DNA of 64,000 nt, taken from a virus (taxonomy: Duplodnaviria; Caudoviricetes). A model generated the notes under the pieces. The model saw only the letters and a program-made list of their open reading frames with translations, was not told the DNA's origin and made no database searches. The position numbers and the translations under genes are program-made. The stretch covers positions 45,335 to 109,334 of the IMG/VR virus record IMGVR_UViG_3300043013_000026; one strand, written 5' to 3'. Shown here piece by piece: positions 1 to 9,750 of this stretch; position 1 is the stretch's first letter, and every line of letters starts with the position of its first letter.

Positions 1-17
1 AAGGGTATCACAGAGTT

Positions 18-662
18 GTGATGAGTGGTTATGTTGTCGCCAAAATGAGCGGTAGCTATGCCAAAATCACTTGGGGAAGTTCATATTCCGGCGGCGCAAA
101 TTTGGCAGCTACATATCTAAATGAATTTTATATTAGCCGATACTTCGCAAATGGATTTTGCCTCGGTATTTCCGCTTCTCAGTACGTTTCCGTATGGAAA
201 GATGCAAAAGATAAAATGCACTTTAAGGCAGAGGAATCCGGGTATGGCTTGATGCTTTCAGACCAAGGCCTGCAATATAAACATCATAGTGGTAGCTGGA
301 TGAAGATGCCGTTGCTTGTTTGGAAAGGGCAAATCACATGCAATTCATCAAGCAGCACATATTACGCAAGTAAGCATTTGTCTTTTAATGGACTGTCTAT
401 TACATCAGTTACAAGAAAGACAAATAGCGACGACTCAAATATTTCTAAGAATCACATCCATTTAGTATGTGCTTTCCCTGATTCGTGGAGTACACTAAAT
501 CTGTCTGTTAGCAACACTATTGTTAATCTGACAGGATATGGCGATACGATGATGAAAGGAACATTAGTGTCGATGTCAAATACGTCGATGACAATAGAAA
601 TAAGCGATGATGCCTCTGCTAATGACGGAGATTTGTTAATTGAAATTTATACAATAAGCTAA
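18..662 (+). CDS. C-terminal part of a tail fibre/tail-associated protein (reading frame open from the window edge)
   Basis: Ser/Thr/Gly-rich, beta-strand-like sequence; frame open upstream of 18; precedes baseplate-like genes. Confidence 0.5.
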   Translation: MMSGYVVAKMSGSYAKITWGSSYSGGANLAATYLNEFYISRYFANGFCLGISASQYVSVWKDAKDKMHFKAEESGYGLMLSDQGLQYKHHSGSWMKMPLLVWKGQITCNSSSSTYYASKHLSFNGLSITSVTRKTNSDDSNISKNHIHLVCAFPDSWSTLNLSVSNTIVNLTGYGDTMMKGTLVSMSNTSMTIEISDDASANDGDLLIEIYTIS

Positions 663-1354
663 TGCGTAAAGATATAGAATTACATATTCAAACAGGCGAC
701 GTTGCTCTTGACGCTCAGAATAAATTGAGACTGAGAACATTCAAGTGGGTTGATGACGACGAAACAGCCGCCATGTTATCTCGCTATATATATGGCGAGA
801 TAGACGTTCCGTATTCTGTAAGCACACGCACCATCCAGAATAATGGCTTATATTTTGAAGTGCCTTATACCCCTAAATATAAGGAGTTCAAATTAAGGAT
901 ACGCCGTGTATATGAAGACGGCACTTACGAATATTTGCAAAACGAGGTTGATGGCTCTCATTGGTTCTTAGCTCAAACGTCGCTGTATGGTACCGGCTTG
1001 AAGAATGTGTATGCGTCGATGTTGCCGGCAATCTCGGAAACGAGCTTTTATGCCTCTTTGCATGATGGTATCGCTGAGATATATTCCAGCAGCCAATCCG
1101 ATTTTAATATCGTCAAGGCAAATAGACAGAACGCTAACTGTTTACTTGCGTGTTTTCCAGGCGGTAATTACCGATACCCATTAACAGGAGTCGGTTTGGC
1201 GCGTTGGATAAACTCTACCAATGTGATTTCTACGGACTTAACCACAGTGCTTCAGGACGAGTTTAGCGCTGATGGAGTGACAGTTAAGAACGCTGCATAT
1301 AATTACGATACTCAACAAATGGAACTTGACTTGTCAGTTCAAGAAGACGATTAA
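662..1354 (+). CDS. Putative baseplate protein (gp25-like C-terminus)
   Basis: C-terminal 'RYPLTGVGLARWIN...LQDEFSADGVTV' resembles gp25/GPW wedge proteins; coupled TAATG junction. Confidence 0.5.
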   Translation: MRKDIELHIQTGDVALDAQNKLRLRTFKWVDDDETAAMLSRYIYGEIDVPYSVSTRTIQNNGLYFEVPYTPKYKEFKLRIRRVYEDGTYEYLQNEVDGSHWFLAQTSLYGTGLKNVYASMLPAISETSFYASLHDGIAEIYSSSQSDFNIVKANRQNANCLLACFPGGNYRYPLTGVGLARWINSTNVISTDLTTVLQDEFSADGVTVKNAAYNYDTQQMELDLSVQEDD

Positions 1355-1355
1355 T

Positions 1356-2252
1356 ATGGCTACATATACAGTAAAACCTAATCAAAATTTGTACGATGTT
1401 GCATTATATTTATATGGCAGCATTGAAGGGCTGTTTGACCTATTGATCAGCAATGAAGATATTAACATGACCACTGATTTAGTATATGGTCAAGAATTGA
1501 CGTATCACGAGGAGTTTATCTTGAACTCAACAATCGTGGGTGAGTTTGCTGATAAATCAATCGTTCCGGCTTCAGGCGCACGAAAGGTATATTTCAAGCG
1601 CCCTGAAGAAGACTTGATTATGATTGTCGGAGTTAATGCTGACATGACATACGCCACATTCAAGGCATCAGGAGAAGGTTCTATGGTGATTGACTGGGGT
1701 GACAACTCGGAGCTTGAGACTATAACTCTTTCAACAAGTGTGCAAAAGGTTGAGCATTATTTTGATAACGAAACTGAAAAGCGTAGAATCAGAATCTATG
1801 GCGATAACAGCACATTAAAATTCATCCAGCTTGACACAACAGGACTGGGTGGGGCTTTGGTAATGTGTCGGCCATTGACTGTTGACGAATACACTTGTGT
1901 TGGTTGTGGGTATGTACTAACAGGATTGACATTGTTTGACGGTACATATAAAGTTGATTTACATCGAAGTACAATCGCTAATCTGTTGCCTATTGGAGAC
2001 ATGGGACTTCAGGAACTTGATTTAACGGATGCTCGTTTCGTAAACGATAGCGCAATCGACGATTATCTTGAGTATGTCGTTAAACATTATGAGGACCGCA
2101 GACCATGTACTGTGTATCTCACAACAGAGCCCGGAGCACGTGGATATGCGGCTATTGACACAATCTTAGGTGAACCTGAGTGGAACATCTCAGATACTTG
2201 GAAATTTTATATTAACAATCAATTATATCAATCAGATGGCACGAACTCTTAG
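1356..2252 (+). CDS. Baseplate/tail protein with N-terminal LysM-like (tail X-like) domain
   Basis: N-terminus 'YTVKPNQNLYDVALYLYGSIEGL' is LysM/tail-X-like; ATG at 1356 preferred. Confidence 0.55.
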   Translation: MATYTVKPNQNLYDVALYLYGSIEGLFDLLISNEDINMTTDLVYGQELTYHEEFILNSTIVGEFADKSIVPASGARKVYFKRPEEDLIMIVGVNADMTYATFKASGEGSMVIDWGDNSELETITLSTSVQKVEHYFDNETEKRRIRIYGDNSTLKFIQLDTTGLGGALVMCRPLTVDEYTCVGCGYVLTGLTLFDGTYKVDLHRSTIANLLPIGDMGLQELDLTDARFVNDSAIDDYLEYVVKHYEDRRPCTVYLTTEPGARGYAAIDTILGEPEWNISDTWKFYINNQLYQSDGTNS

Positions 2253-3141
2253 TGAAATATATGCGGTAGCTAAAGCGCAACGTGATAGCTATTTGGAGCT
2301 GACAGAATTTGAAAACAGCTCTAAGATGTCGGTGCTGGACGCATTTACATGGGTCACTTCTGCTTGTATATGGACGTTTGAGAATGTCGTTGATGTGTTT
2401 AAGATTGACCTTGCAAAAGACCTTCAGAACCGCATTAACGGCACTCCGGCTTACTTCGCTAACGCACTGCTGAAATATCAGTCAGGCGATGAATTGGTGA
2501 TGAATGACGAGGGTACTTCTTTCTCGTATGCCAGTGTTGATACATCAAAACGTGTTATCACAAAGGTCGCATACTATGAGGAAGATGAAGCTGGATTTCA
2601 CGATAAGCTCGTCAGATTTAAGATTGCAACCGGCGACCCCGGTTCGTACTCTCGAATTGACGATAGCGAACTTGTGTCTATCCGTGCTTATCTCAACCAA
2701 ATCTTGTTTGCCGGTCAACACGCGAAAGTTGTAAGCCGCATTGGTGACATCTTGGTTCCAAGAGTAGTCGTGTACTATGATGGAGCGGTGACTGAAGACG
2801 ACCTGTACACGAGCATTGAAACAGCTCTCAACGACTTCATCGCCAACATCGACTTTAACGGTGTGATATACGCTCAGAAAGTGATTGACTGCATCCAAAA
2901 TGTAGAGCACGTAACTGACGTATCAGTATCGTCTAAAGACACCGACTATCAAGGCATTTATATAGCCTCGTATGACGACGATAACAACCTCATCAAAACC
3001 AATGATGACCCGTTGGTGAAGATTGACCGTTACGTTGTTCCAAACTCAGGTTATATCAAACAAAGCTCCGGCACTGGCGAGGAAGTTGACATTCCTTTGT
3101 GGCGTGATACAATAATCCTTAAACTGGAAGATAACGTATGA
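2236..3141 (+). CDS. Baseplate wedge (J-like) protein
   Basis: 'MARTLSEIY...' start and 'DCIQNVEHVTDV' resemble baseplate J C-terminal motifs; gene context. Confidence 0.55.
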   Translation: MARTLSEIYAVAKAQRDSYLELTEFENSSKMSVLDAFTWVTSACIWTFENVVDVFKIDLAKDLQNRINGTPAYFANALLKYQSGDELVMNDEGTSFSYASVDTSKRVITKVAYYEEDEAGFHDKLVRFKIATGDPGSYSRIDDSELVSIRAYLNQILFAGQHAKVVSRIGDILVPRVVVYYDGAVTEDDLYTSIETALNDFIANIDFNGVIYAQKVIDCIQNVEHVTDVSVSSKDTDYQGIYIASYDDDNNLIKTNDDPLVKIDRYVVPNSGYIKQSSGTGEEVDIPLWRDTIILKLEDNV

Positions 3142-3668
3142 GGTACTTCATTAACTTCGATAAGACAATAAATCAGCTTGTGCCCTACTACATGGGAGGG
3201 CGCAGACTGATTCTGTACTTACAGGCCCTCATGTATCCGTTACGACAGGTTAATGATGAGTTTGTAGAGTACGCTAAGGAAACCCGTATTGAGGCAGCTA
3301 TGACCTCTCAGATATTCAAGTTTGAGTGGTATCTCAATCGAAAATTCAGTAAGTACTTCGCTAACGGTGGTCGTATAGCAATCACCAGCTCCGAGACTCT
3401 TGGCGTTCCTTTCTATCTGGAGTCTGCCAATATTGCTAATAGTGAAAACCCGGTTGTCCGCTTTAAGTCGGAAAACAATAATGCCAATCAGCTAATTCTC
3501 TATCGGAGCGATGAGCAAACCGGCAAAAGTAGTGTGAGCTTCATCGTCACTACTCCCAAAATTGATACGAAACTCATTAGTGAGCAAAAATATACCGCAA
3601 TGCTGAAATATGTCATCGACAAGTATCGGCTTGCTAACAAAACATATATCATCAAATACGAATCGTAA
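3138..3668 (+). CDS. Baseplate protein (I-like position)
   Basis: Lies between J-like and tail fibre genes with coupled junctions. Confidence 0.45.
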   Translation: MRYFINFDKTINQLVPYYMGGRRLILYLQALMYPLRQVNDEFVEYAKETRIEAAMTSQIFKFEWYLNRKFSKYFANGGRIAITSSETLGVPFYLESANIANSENPVVRFKSENNNANQLILYRSDEQTGKSSVSFIVTTPKIDTKLISEQKYTAMLKYVIDKYRLANKTYIIKYES

Positions 3669-5431
3669 TGAAAGAATTTAGCGCAGAAACTGGTGGTCGC
3701 TATACTTACGCCGATGACATTGAGAACCTTCAGGAGCTGTCATTGGCTTTCGCCCAGATTTTCGATGATTGTGACAACTTCATAGTTAGCGGCTGTGAAG
3801 TTTCTTCCGGCTCGATCAGCGCCGGCTATGTGTACCTTAACGGAAGGCTGCGCAAGTTCTCAGGCGCAACCGGTATCTCGTCATGGCCTCAGTACATATA
3901 TGAACTCAATTCAACTGAGAGCGTGCCGTATGAAAGTGGCACGACTAAGGTCGGTCGTAACGTATATGGCTGTGCGGTTGCCAAGTCCGTTCCTGTTACT
4001 AAAGACCCTCTTACCTCTAAAGTTCCTCAATCTATCTCTATTGCATCGACTGGTGGCAAGCGAATGAAGGATGCGTTCATTGGTAAATATGCGCTTCTGC
4101 TTAATCCTGCCAGTGACACTCAGACCGTAAACAGCGCTGTGAACTTTTCTAAGACGTTGCAAGCACTGGGCAGCTTGGTGGCTAACAAGGATGTGAAGAT
4201 TGTCAGTGGTTCTCTGACCACTACACTGAGTTATGACAGTTCAGCCTTCAATGTAATACTGTCAGGTGGCACGAATACATACAAATTCTCGTTGATTGAC
4301 GGCACCGGTTTTGGTTTTTATGTAAACGGTAACTTGGTTGCAAAAATCAATGCGTCAGCCATCACTTTTAATCAGCCGGTTACAGCTTCCAAGGGTACTT
4401 TCGGTGGGCTTGTGATGCACGATAATTACCTGTATCAAGGCACTGCCAACGCCGAGAGCTCGTTGTACATCAACTACTATGGTTACGGCAATAGTTCTTC
4501 ATATTACCGCAACACTTATATTGGCAATGGCAAAGGCTCAATCCTGCTTGCTATCAATGGCGCATCAGGTTCTATCAGCGCAAATGGGCAAACTACTATA
4601 ACCACAAATGAGGTAGATGCGCTCATTCTCAAGAATAAGACTTATTCTAAGAATAACGCAAGCCTTGTCAACGCTATCTCTTGGAAAGACAGCGCCGGTA
4701 GTGTTATGGCTCGTGCCGGTTTTACCAGCACCGCCGACCAGATTTTCCGTATCATTTGTTCTTCATACGATATTGAGGTTACAGCTGGTACGGCGGTCAA
4801 CATTGGTCCGGCTATTAAAGAAGGCGGCGTTCTATTGTCTGAGAAGTATGTGCTTGTTTCAGATTTGGAAAGTGCTCTTGGCGGTAAAATCAATGTGTCA
4901 GACGTGTACTCCACTACACAAGCCGATGCAAAGTTTGCGACCAAGGCCGGCGGTCTCTCTCAGTTTGTAAACAGTACAAATACCGCTGCCGTGTGTCGCA
5001 CTCAAATTGGAGCGGTCGGTTCATCAGAGCTTAGCAGTTATGCCAAACTGAGCAACTTCCTCTCTGATATGGCTACGTCAGATGCCAACAAGAAGAAAAT
5101 CCGCGATAACATTGGAGCTGCTGCTGTTGATGAGTTCCAGACTAAGCTAACAGACTCTGGTTGGATTCTCGTTAAGGATTCTCTTTATGTGCGTCAGATT
5201 GGTAATATCGTCAGCGTACAGGGTACAGTAAAGACGGTTCACTCAGGTACAGTATTCACGATACCGAACTCTATCCAAGCTCCTACACACGCTGTTAAAC
5301 ATTGTATCTCTTTTGCCAACAACCGTAACTGGGTGTGCAAGATTGACGCAGGACAGAGAGCTTGTACGGTTGTCTATTGTGACAGCAGTTGTAGCCGCAA
5401 TACAGAATTTTCACTCTCATATATGATATAG
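3668..5431 (+). CDS. Tail fibre protein
   Basis: 587 aa, Gly/Ser/Thr-rich; 'NFLSDM..DANKKKIRDNIGA' fibre repeat; C-terminal 'YVRQIGNIVSVQG' receptor-binding-like domain. Confidence 0.7.
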   Translation: MKEFSAETGGRYTYADDIENLQELSLAFAQIFDDCDNFIVSGCEVSSGSISAGYVYLNGRLRKFSGATGISSWPQYIYELNSTESVPYESGTTKVGRNVYGCAVAKSVPVTKDPLTSKVPQSISIASTGGKRMKDAFIGKYALLLNPASDTQTVNSAVNFSKTLQALGSLVANKDVKIVSGSLTTTLSYDSSAFNVILSGGTNTYKFSLIDGTGFGFYVNGNLVAKINASAITFNQPVTASKGTFGGLVMHDNYLYQGTANAESSLYINYYGYGNSSSYYRNTYIGNGKGSILLAINGASGSISANGQTTITTNEVDALILKNKTYSKNNASLVNAISWKDSAGSVMARAGFTSTADQIFRIICSSYDIEVTAGTAVNIGPAIKEGGVLLSEKYVLVSDLESALGGKINVSDVYSTTQADAKFATKAGGLSQFVNSTNTAAVCRTQIGAVGSSELSSYAKLSNFLSDMATSDANKKKIRDNIGAAAVDEFQTKLTDSGWILVKDSLYVRQIGNIVSVQGTVKTVHSGTVFTIPNSIQAPTHAVKHCISFANNRNWVCKIDAGQRACTVVYCDSSCSRNTEFSLSYMI

Positions 5432-5433
5432 CA

Positions 5434-5643
5434 ATGAAAAAGTACAATTCACCAGCGCAGGCCCGTAGCCTTCGCGAAATCGAAGCTGCTGCTTATGCGC
5501 CGGCTATCGAAAACATTCAAAACGTTACTTGCGATGTTCAACCCGTATGTACCGCCGAAGCGACAGAAGAAGCGGGGGCCGAAGCCCAAGCCGAAACCAA
5601 AGCCAAAAAAGCGCGGAGCAAAAAGAATACCGAGACGGTTTGA
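5434..5643 (+). CDS. Hypothetical protein (69 aa)
   Basis: ATG 2 nt after the fibre stop; overlaps the next ORF by 110 nt. Confidence 0.4.
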   Translation: MKKYNSPAQARSLREIEAAAYAPAIENIQNVTCDVQPVCTAEATEEAGAEAQAETKAKKARSKKNTETV

Positions 5644-5938
5644 TGAAGTTCCGCTGGGCTATAATTTACGCTTAAAGGCACCATTAGAGTACGACCTCAT
5701 ATTACAAGTGGTCGGCCCTAATGGGAAGCCTGAAGCGGACTTAGTGGAAGCCATCAGTTATTGCTCAGCCAACCCATACTTCCGAACCGAACAATTCCGA
5801 AAGGCTCTGATAAAGTATCGTGAAAGGGGCTGTACGACAGACCATGTAAAGAAGCCGCCATCCCCAGCGACCATCGCCAGAGCCATCACAATAAGAAAAA
5901 ATGGTCTAAAAAGACAGTTTTCAAATGAGTGCGAATGA
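5534..5938 (+). CDS. Basic hypothetical protein
   Basis: ORF with a PK-rich N-terminus; ATG at 5534 preferred. Confidence 0.5.
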   Translation: MFNPYVPPKRQKKRGPKPKPKPKPKKRGAKRIPRRFDEVPLGYNLRLKAPLEYDLILQVVGPNGKPEADLVEAISYCSANPYFRTEQFRKALIKYRERGCTTDHVKKPPSPATIARAITIRKNGLKRQFSNECE

Positions 5939-6053
5939 TTAAAAATTATTCGCACTTTTCTTTATAATTTTGAAAATTATTTGTACCTTTACACCGTTTT
6001 TCAAATTGATATAGTACAGAATCCAGTAATAAACATTATGCAAATCCCTATAA

Positions 6054-6782
6054 ATGAAGGACTTTACTGTGTCTGTACGCAAGCTTACAGACATTGAACT
6101 TTTAAGGGAAGCGTGCGAAACGACTTTCTTGGGAACGAGTCATGCGTCGTTAAGTTCTCTTTACAAGTCTGAACACTCCCCGGTGAGGACCCAACTCTTC
6201 TGGATCAGCCTTAAAAACATCCCGCTCTTTGTGAGCACTCATCTCCTTCGGCATCACGTTGGTTCTGTTCCATTCCAGCTATCTTGCCGAGATGACCGCA
6301 AAGGTGGCAACCCAGGTTTGCCCGGTCGAGTAGAGGAAATCAAAACACAGTTGCAATCTATTTTGGACCATTTTTCAAAAGGAGGCAGCTACCACAACGG
6401 TATTCATACCGAAGCCGAAAACATTATCACAGAATTAGATTGGATTGCAGAAAACACAGACCGTCAAACTCCGGTGAACCTCAGTCTGTGTATCAATGCC
6501 CAATCCCTTATTGACATGGCGAAACTCCGTCTTTGTACTGGGTGCGCTTCAAAAGAAACAGTGATTGTCTTCCGCGCCATTAAAAATGAAATCGCAAAAA
6601 TTGACCCTGAGTTAGCTGCTATGATGGTTCGCAAGTGTGTGTACCGCAATGGCCTGTGCGGAGAACCACGCTGTTGTGGATTTAATCACACTTCAGAGTT
6701 CCAAGCTGAACTTGGAGATTACGTTTCTCACTTCTCAGAGAAACAAATAGGAATAAACCTCAAATCCGATACAACAAAATGA
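6054..6782 (+). CDS. thyX: FAD-dependent thymidylate synthase-like protein
   Basis: 'SEHSPVR' and 'STHLLRHHVG...SCRDDR' match the ThyX RHxxxxxxxSxR-type motif; next to RNR. Confidence 0.7.
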   Translation: MKDFTVSVRKLTDIELLREACETTFLGTSHASLSSLYKSEHSPVRTQLFWISLKNIPLFVSTHLLRHHVGSVPFQLSCRDDRKGGNPGLPGRVEEIKTQLQSILDHFSKGGSYHNGIHTEAENIITELDWIAENTDRQTPVNLSLCINAQSLIDMAKLRLCTGCASKETVIVFRAIKNEIAKIDPELAAMMVRKCVYRNGLCGEPRCCGFNHTSEFQAELGDYVSHFSEKQIGINLKSDTTK

Positions 6783-9013
6783 CCATACAAGAATGGCTTA
6801 ACAACGAGGATTTGCCTATCACCATTTGGAAGAAGAAATACCAGCAAAACGGAGAAGACTTCGAGCAATGGCTTGATAGAGTTTCAGGACAGGACGAAGA
6901 AGTAAAAGCTCTAATTCGTGATCAAAAATTTATCTTCGCCGGTCGAATTTTATCTAATCGTGGCGTAACTGGAAGGCACTTAACTTTAAGCAACTGTTAC
7001 GTGTGTACACCGCCTGAAGACAACTTGGAATCAATTTTTGAGGCCGGCGCAAAAATGGCGCGTACCTTTAGTTATGGCGGTGGATGTGGACTTGATGTAA
7101 GCAAACTGCGTCCGAAAGATGCGCCTGTAAACAATGCCGCAAAGACCACTTCAGGTACTGTCAGTTTTATGGACTTCTACAGTTACATAACTGGATTAGT
7201 GTGTCAGCAGGGCCGACGTGGAGCAACAATGCTCAGCATTTCTTGCGAGCACCCAGACCTTATTGACTTCATTAATCTCAAGTCAAATCTGGACGTATGC
7301 ACCAAAGCAAACATCTCAGTGCGCGTAACCGATGCCTTTATGAAGGCGGTAGAAAACAACGCTGACTTCACACTACATTTCACATTGGAAGATGGTTCAG
7401 AAATCAAAAAGGTTATCAACGCTAAAGAAGTATTCATGCTCTTGGCGAAACGTAATTGGGAGATGGCTGAACCCGGTATCCTTTATTGGGACCGAATTGC
7501 TAACTACAATTTGCTCCAGAATACAGGATTTCAATATGCTGGTGTGAATCCATGCGCCGAAGAACCTCTGCCGCCCGGCGGGAGCTGCCTACTTGGTAGC
7601 ATCAACCTCAGCAAGTTCGTCGTGCATCCATTTACCAACGTTGCTTTCATTGATACTGACCGTTTGGCTGAGACGGTGGAGGTAGCTGTAAGGGCTTTAA
7701 ATGATGTGCTTATGGAAGGCTTACCGCTTCATCCGCTTCAGGAGCAACGTGACGCTGTGAGGGACTGGCGACAAATCGGTCTTGGCACTCTTGGTCTTGG
7801 TGATATGCTTATTATGTGCGGATTGAAATATGGCTCTCGTGAATCATTAGAGACAATCCGCTCAATCTATCATATTATCGCTGCTTCAGCAGTTCACGCC
7901 TCGCTTCAGATGGCAAAACAGTATGGGGCGTTCCCTAAATGTTCATCAGAAATCAAAGAAGCAATCGTTAAGTCTGATTTCGTTCAGTACTTAAATTTGC
8001 CGGATTCAATTCTGGATGAAATTAAGGAGTACGGTCTTTACAACTCTCAGCTTTTGACTTGCGCCCCGACCGGAACAATCGGCACAATGCTTCAGGTGAG
8101 CACCGGCGTTGAACCAAACTTCGCTTTCTCTTATAATCGACGCACCGTTTCTTTGAACTCTGAAGAAACAACATATAAAGTAGATACCAAAATCGTATCT
8201 GACTTCAGAAAGGCGACCGGCATGACGGAGCTTCCAGACTATTTTGTATCCTCTGCTGATATTGATTACCATGATCGTGTTCGCGTTCAGGCAATGCTTC
8301 AGAAATACATCGACGCATCAATTAGCTCTACCGTTAATCTGCCTAACAGTGCCACTATTGAAGATGTCGCCGACCTTTATATGGAAGCCTGGATAAATGG
8401 TTTGAAGGGTATCACAATATGGCGTGACGGTTGTCAACGTCAAGCTATCCTCTCAACCGATAAAAAGGAAGAGCCTAAAAAAGAATCTGAGCCTGTTGAC
8501 GAAAACGCTCCGACAAAAGTTAAGAAGGCTTCAGACGACTGTATCGGTCGTAAACGCACTCTTGTTACCGGTTGTGGCACTTTGCATCTCACAGCGTTCT
8601 TTGACCGTCACACTGGGCAATTACTGGAGACATACTTCAGCAAGGGCTCACAAGGTGGCTGTGCATTGTTTATGGTTGGCTTGTCGCGCATGGTCTCTTT
8701 GGCTGCTCGTGGTAACATTTCAATCCATGACATTGTTGACCAGCTAAAGAGTGCTGGCACGTGTCCGTCTTACGCTGTTAGAAAAGCCACTCGCAAAGAC
8801 ACTTCAATCGGTTCGAGCTGCCCGGTGGCAATCGGCTATGCTTTGATTGATATGTATAACGAGTTGCAAAAGGAGCTTCATGGTGAGCAACATCAGGAAG
8901 AAAATAAGCAACCCAGTGTGGACTCTCCAAAGTGTCCTAAATGCGGTGAGCCTATCCAGATGGTAGAAGGTTGTATGACCTGTGCATCGTGTGGATACTC
9001 CAAATGTAGCTAA
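6779..9013 (+). CDS. nrdJ: Class II (adenosylcobalamin) ribonucleotide reductase
   Basis: 'LSNCY', 'QQGRRGA', 'NPCAE', 'APTGT', 'SISSTVN'; C-terminal TSCPD-like and Zn-ribbon domains; no beta subunit nearby. Confidence 0.92.
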   Translation: MTIQEWLNNEDLPITIWKKKYQQNGEDFEQWLDRVSGQDEEVKALIRDQKFIFAGRILSNRGVTGRHLTLSNCYVCTPPEDNLESIFEAGAKMARTFSYGGGCGLDVSKLRPKDAPVNNAAKTTSGTVSFMDFYSYITGLVCQQGRRGATMLSISCEHPDLIDFINLKSNLDVCTKANISVRVTDAFMKAVENNADFTLHFTLEDGSEIKKVINAKEVFMLLAKRNWEMAEPGILYWDRIANYNLLQNTGFQYAGVNPCAEEPLPPGGSCLLGSINLSKFVVHPFTNVAFIDTDRLAETVEVAVRALNDVLMEGLPLHPLQEQRDAVRDWRQIGLGTLGLGDMLIMCGLKYGSRESLETIRSIYHIIAASAVHASLQMAKQYGAFPKCSSEIKEAIVKSDFVQYLNLPDSILDEIKEYGLYNSQLLTCAPTGTIGTMLQVSTGVEPNFAFSYNRRTVSLNSEETTYKVDTKIVSDFRKATGMTELPDYFVSSADIDYHDRVRVQAMLQKYIDASISSTVNLPNSATIEDVADLYMEAWINGLKGITIWRDGCQRQAILSTDKKEEPKKESEPVDENAPTKVKKASDDCIGRKRTLVTGCGTLHLTAFFDRHTGQLLETYFSKGSQGGCALFMVGLSRMVSLAARGNISIHDIVDQLKSAGTCPSYAVRKATRKDTSIGSSCPVAIGYALIDMYNELQKELHGEQHQEENKQPSVDSPKCPKCGEPIQMVEGCMTCASCGYSKCS

Positions 9014-9023
9014 ATAAATCTAT

Positions 9024-9064
9024 CTATACCCCTTCTGCCTTCGGGAACAACGGAAGGGGTATAG
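9024..9064 (+). terminator. Stem-loop terminator after nrdJ
   Basis: CTATACCCCTTC...GAAGGGGTATAG inverted repeat. Confidence 0.65.
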
Positions 9065-9183
9065 CTTTAGACAAAACAGTTTCATTATTAATCCTTTTGA
9101 CATAAATGAAACTTTTTTCTTTCTGTTTTTCAATTACTTAGATAATTTTTCATTTAACTTCTTGAAAATTTTTTCCAAAATAT

Positions 9184-9214
9184 TTTGTTAAGTTAAAAAT
9201 TCATCTTATCTTTG
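9184..9214 (+). promoter_or_regulatory. Bacteroidota housekeeping-type promoter
   Basis: TTTG (9184) and TATCTTTG (9207-9214) match the -33 and -7 (TAnnTTTG) consensus. Confidence 0.7.
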
Positions 9215-9258
9215 CAACGTATTAATAAACCAAAGTTATCAAAAATGAAAGAAATGAC

Positions 9259-9732
9259 ATGATTAGAAGTAAGGGCATAGTCGAAGTCCATGAGGGCTAT
9301 GCCGACTCCAGCGAGCTAAAAGAGGCTGTGGACATTTTGCCGGACGGAGAGTATGGTTATCTCCTTTTCGACAAAAAGAAAAACCGCTCGCTACCTCAGT
9401 TGAAGTTTCTATTCGGCTACCTACTCAAAACTCTCAGCGAGGAGTTAGAAGGAAACCCGGACGTGGAAGCACTATACAGTTATTTTGAAGAGCTATACGC
9501 ACCGATTCATCACTGTAAAATCCCAGGAGAAAAGGAAGAGTTTGAATACTTTGACCTTAAAAACGAACCAGCAACTGAGATGGATTATGTCATCAACAAG
9601 ATTATCCATCATGCCAAGACAGAATGGGACATCGACCTGTTAACCCGTGAACGGCTCAAAGCCGCTGAAGCAAGCGAACTCTACGCAGGTGCCTACGCTG
9701 ATACTTGGAAAAATTACCAAAGAAAAATATGA
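9259..9732 (+). CDS. NinB-like hypothetical protein
   Basis: 'NRSLPQLKFLFG' resembles the NinB RSxxQ motif. Confidence 0.45.
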   Translation: MIRSKGIVEVHEGYADSSELKEAVDILPDGEYGYLLFDKKKNRSLPQLKFLFGYLLKTLSEELEGNPDVEALYSYFEELYAPIHHCKIPGEKEEFEYFDLKNEPATEMDYVINKIIHHAKTEWDIDLLTRERLKAAEASELYAGAYADTWKNYQRKI

Positions 9733-9750
9733 TAGACCAATTTTATCATT

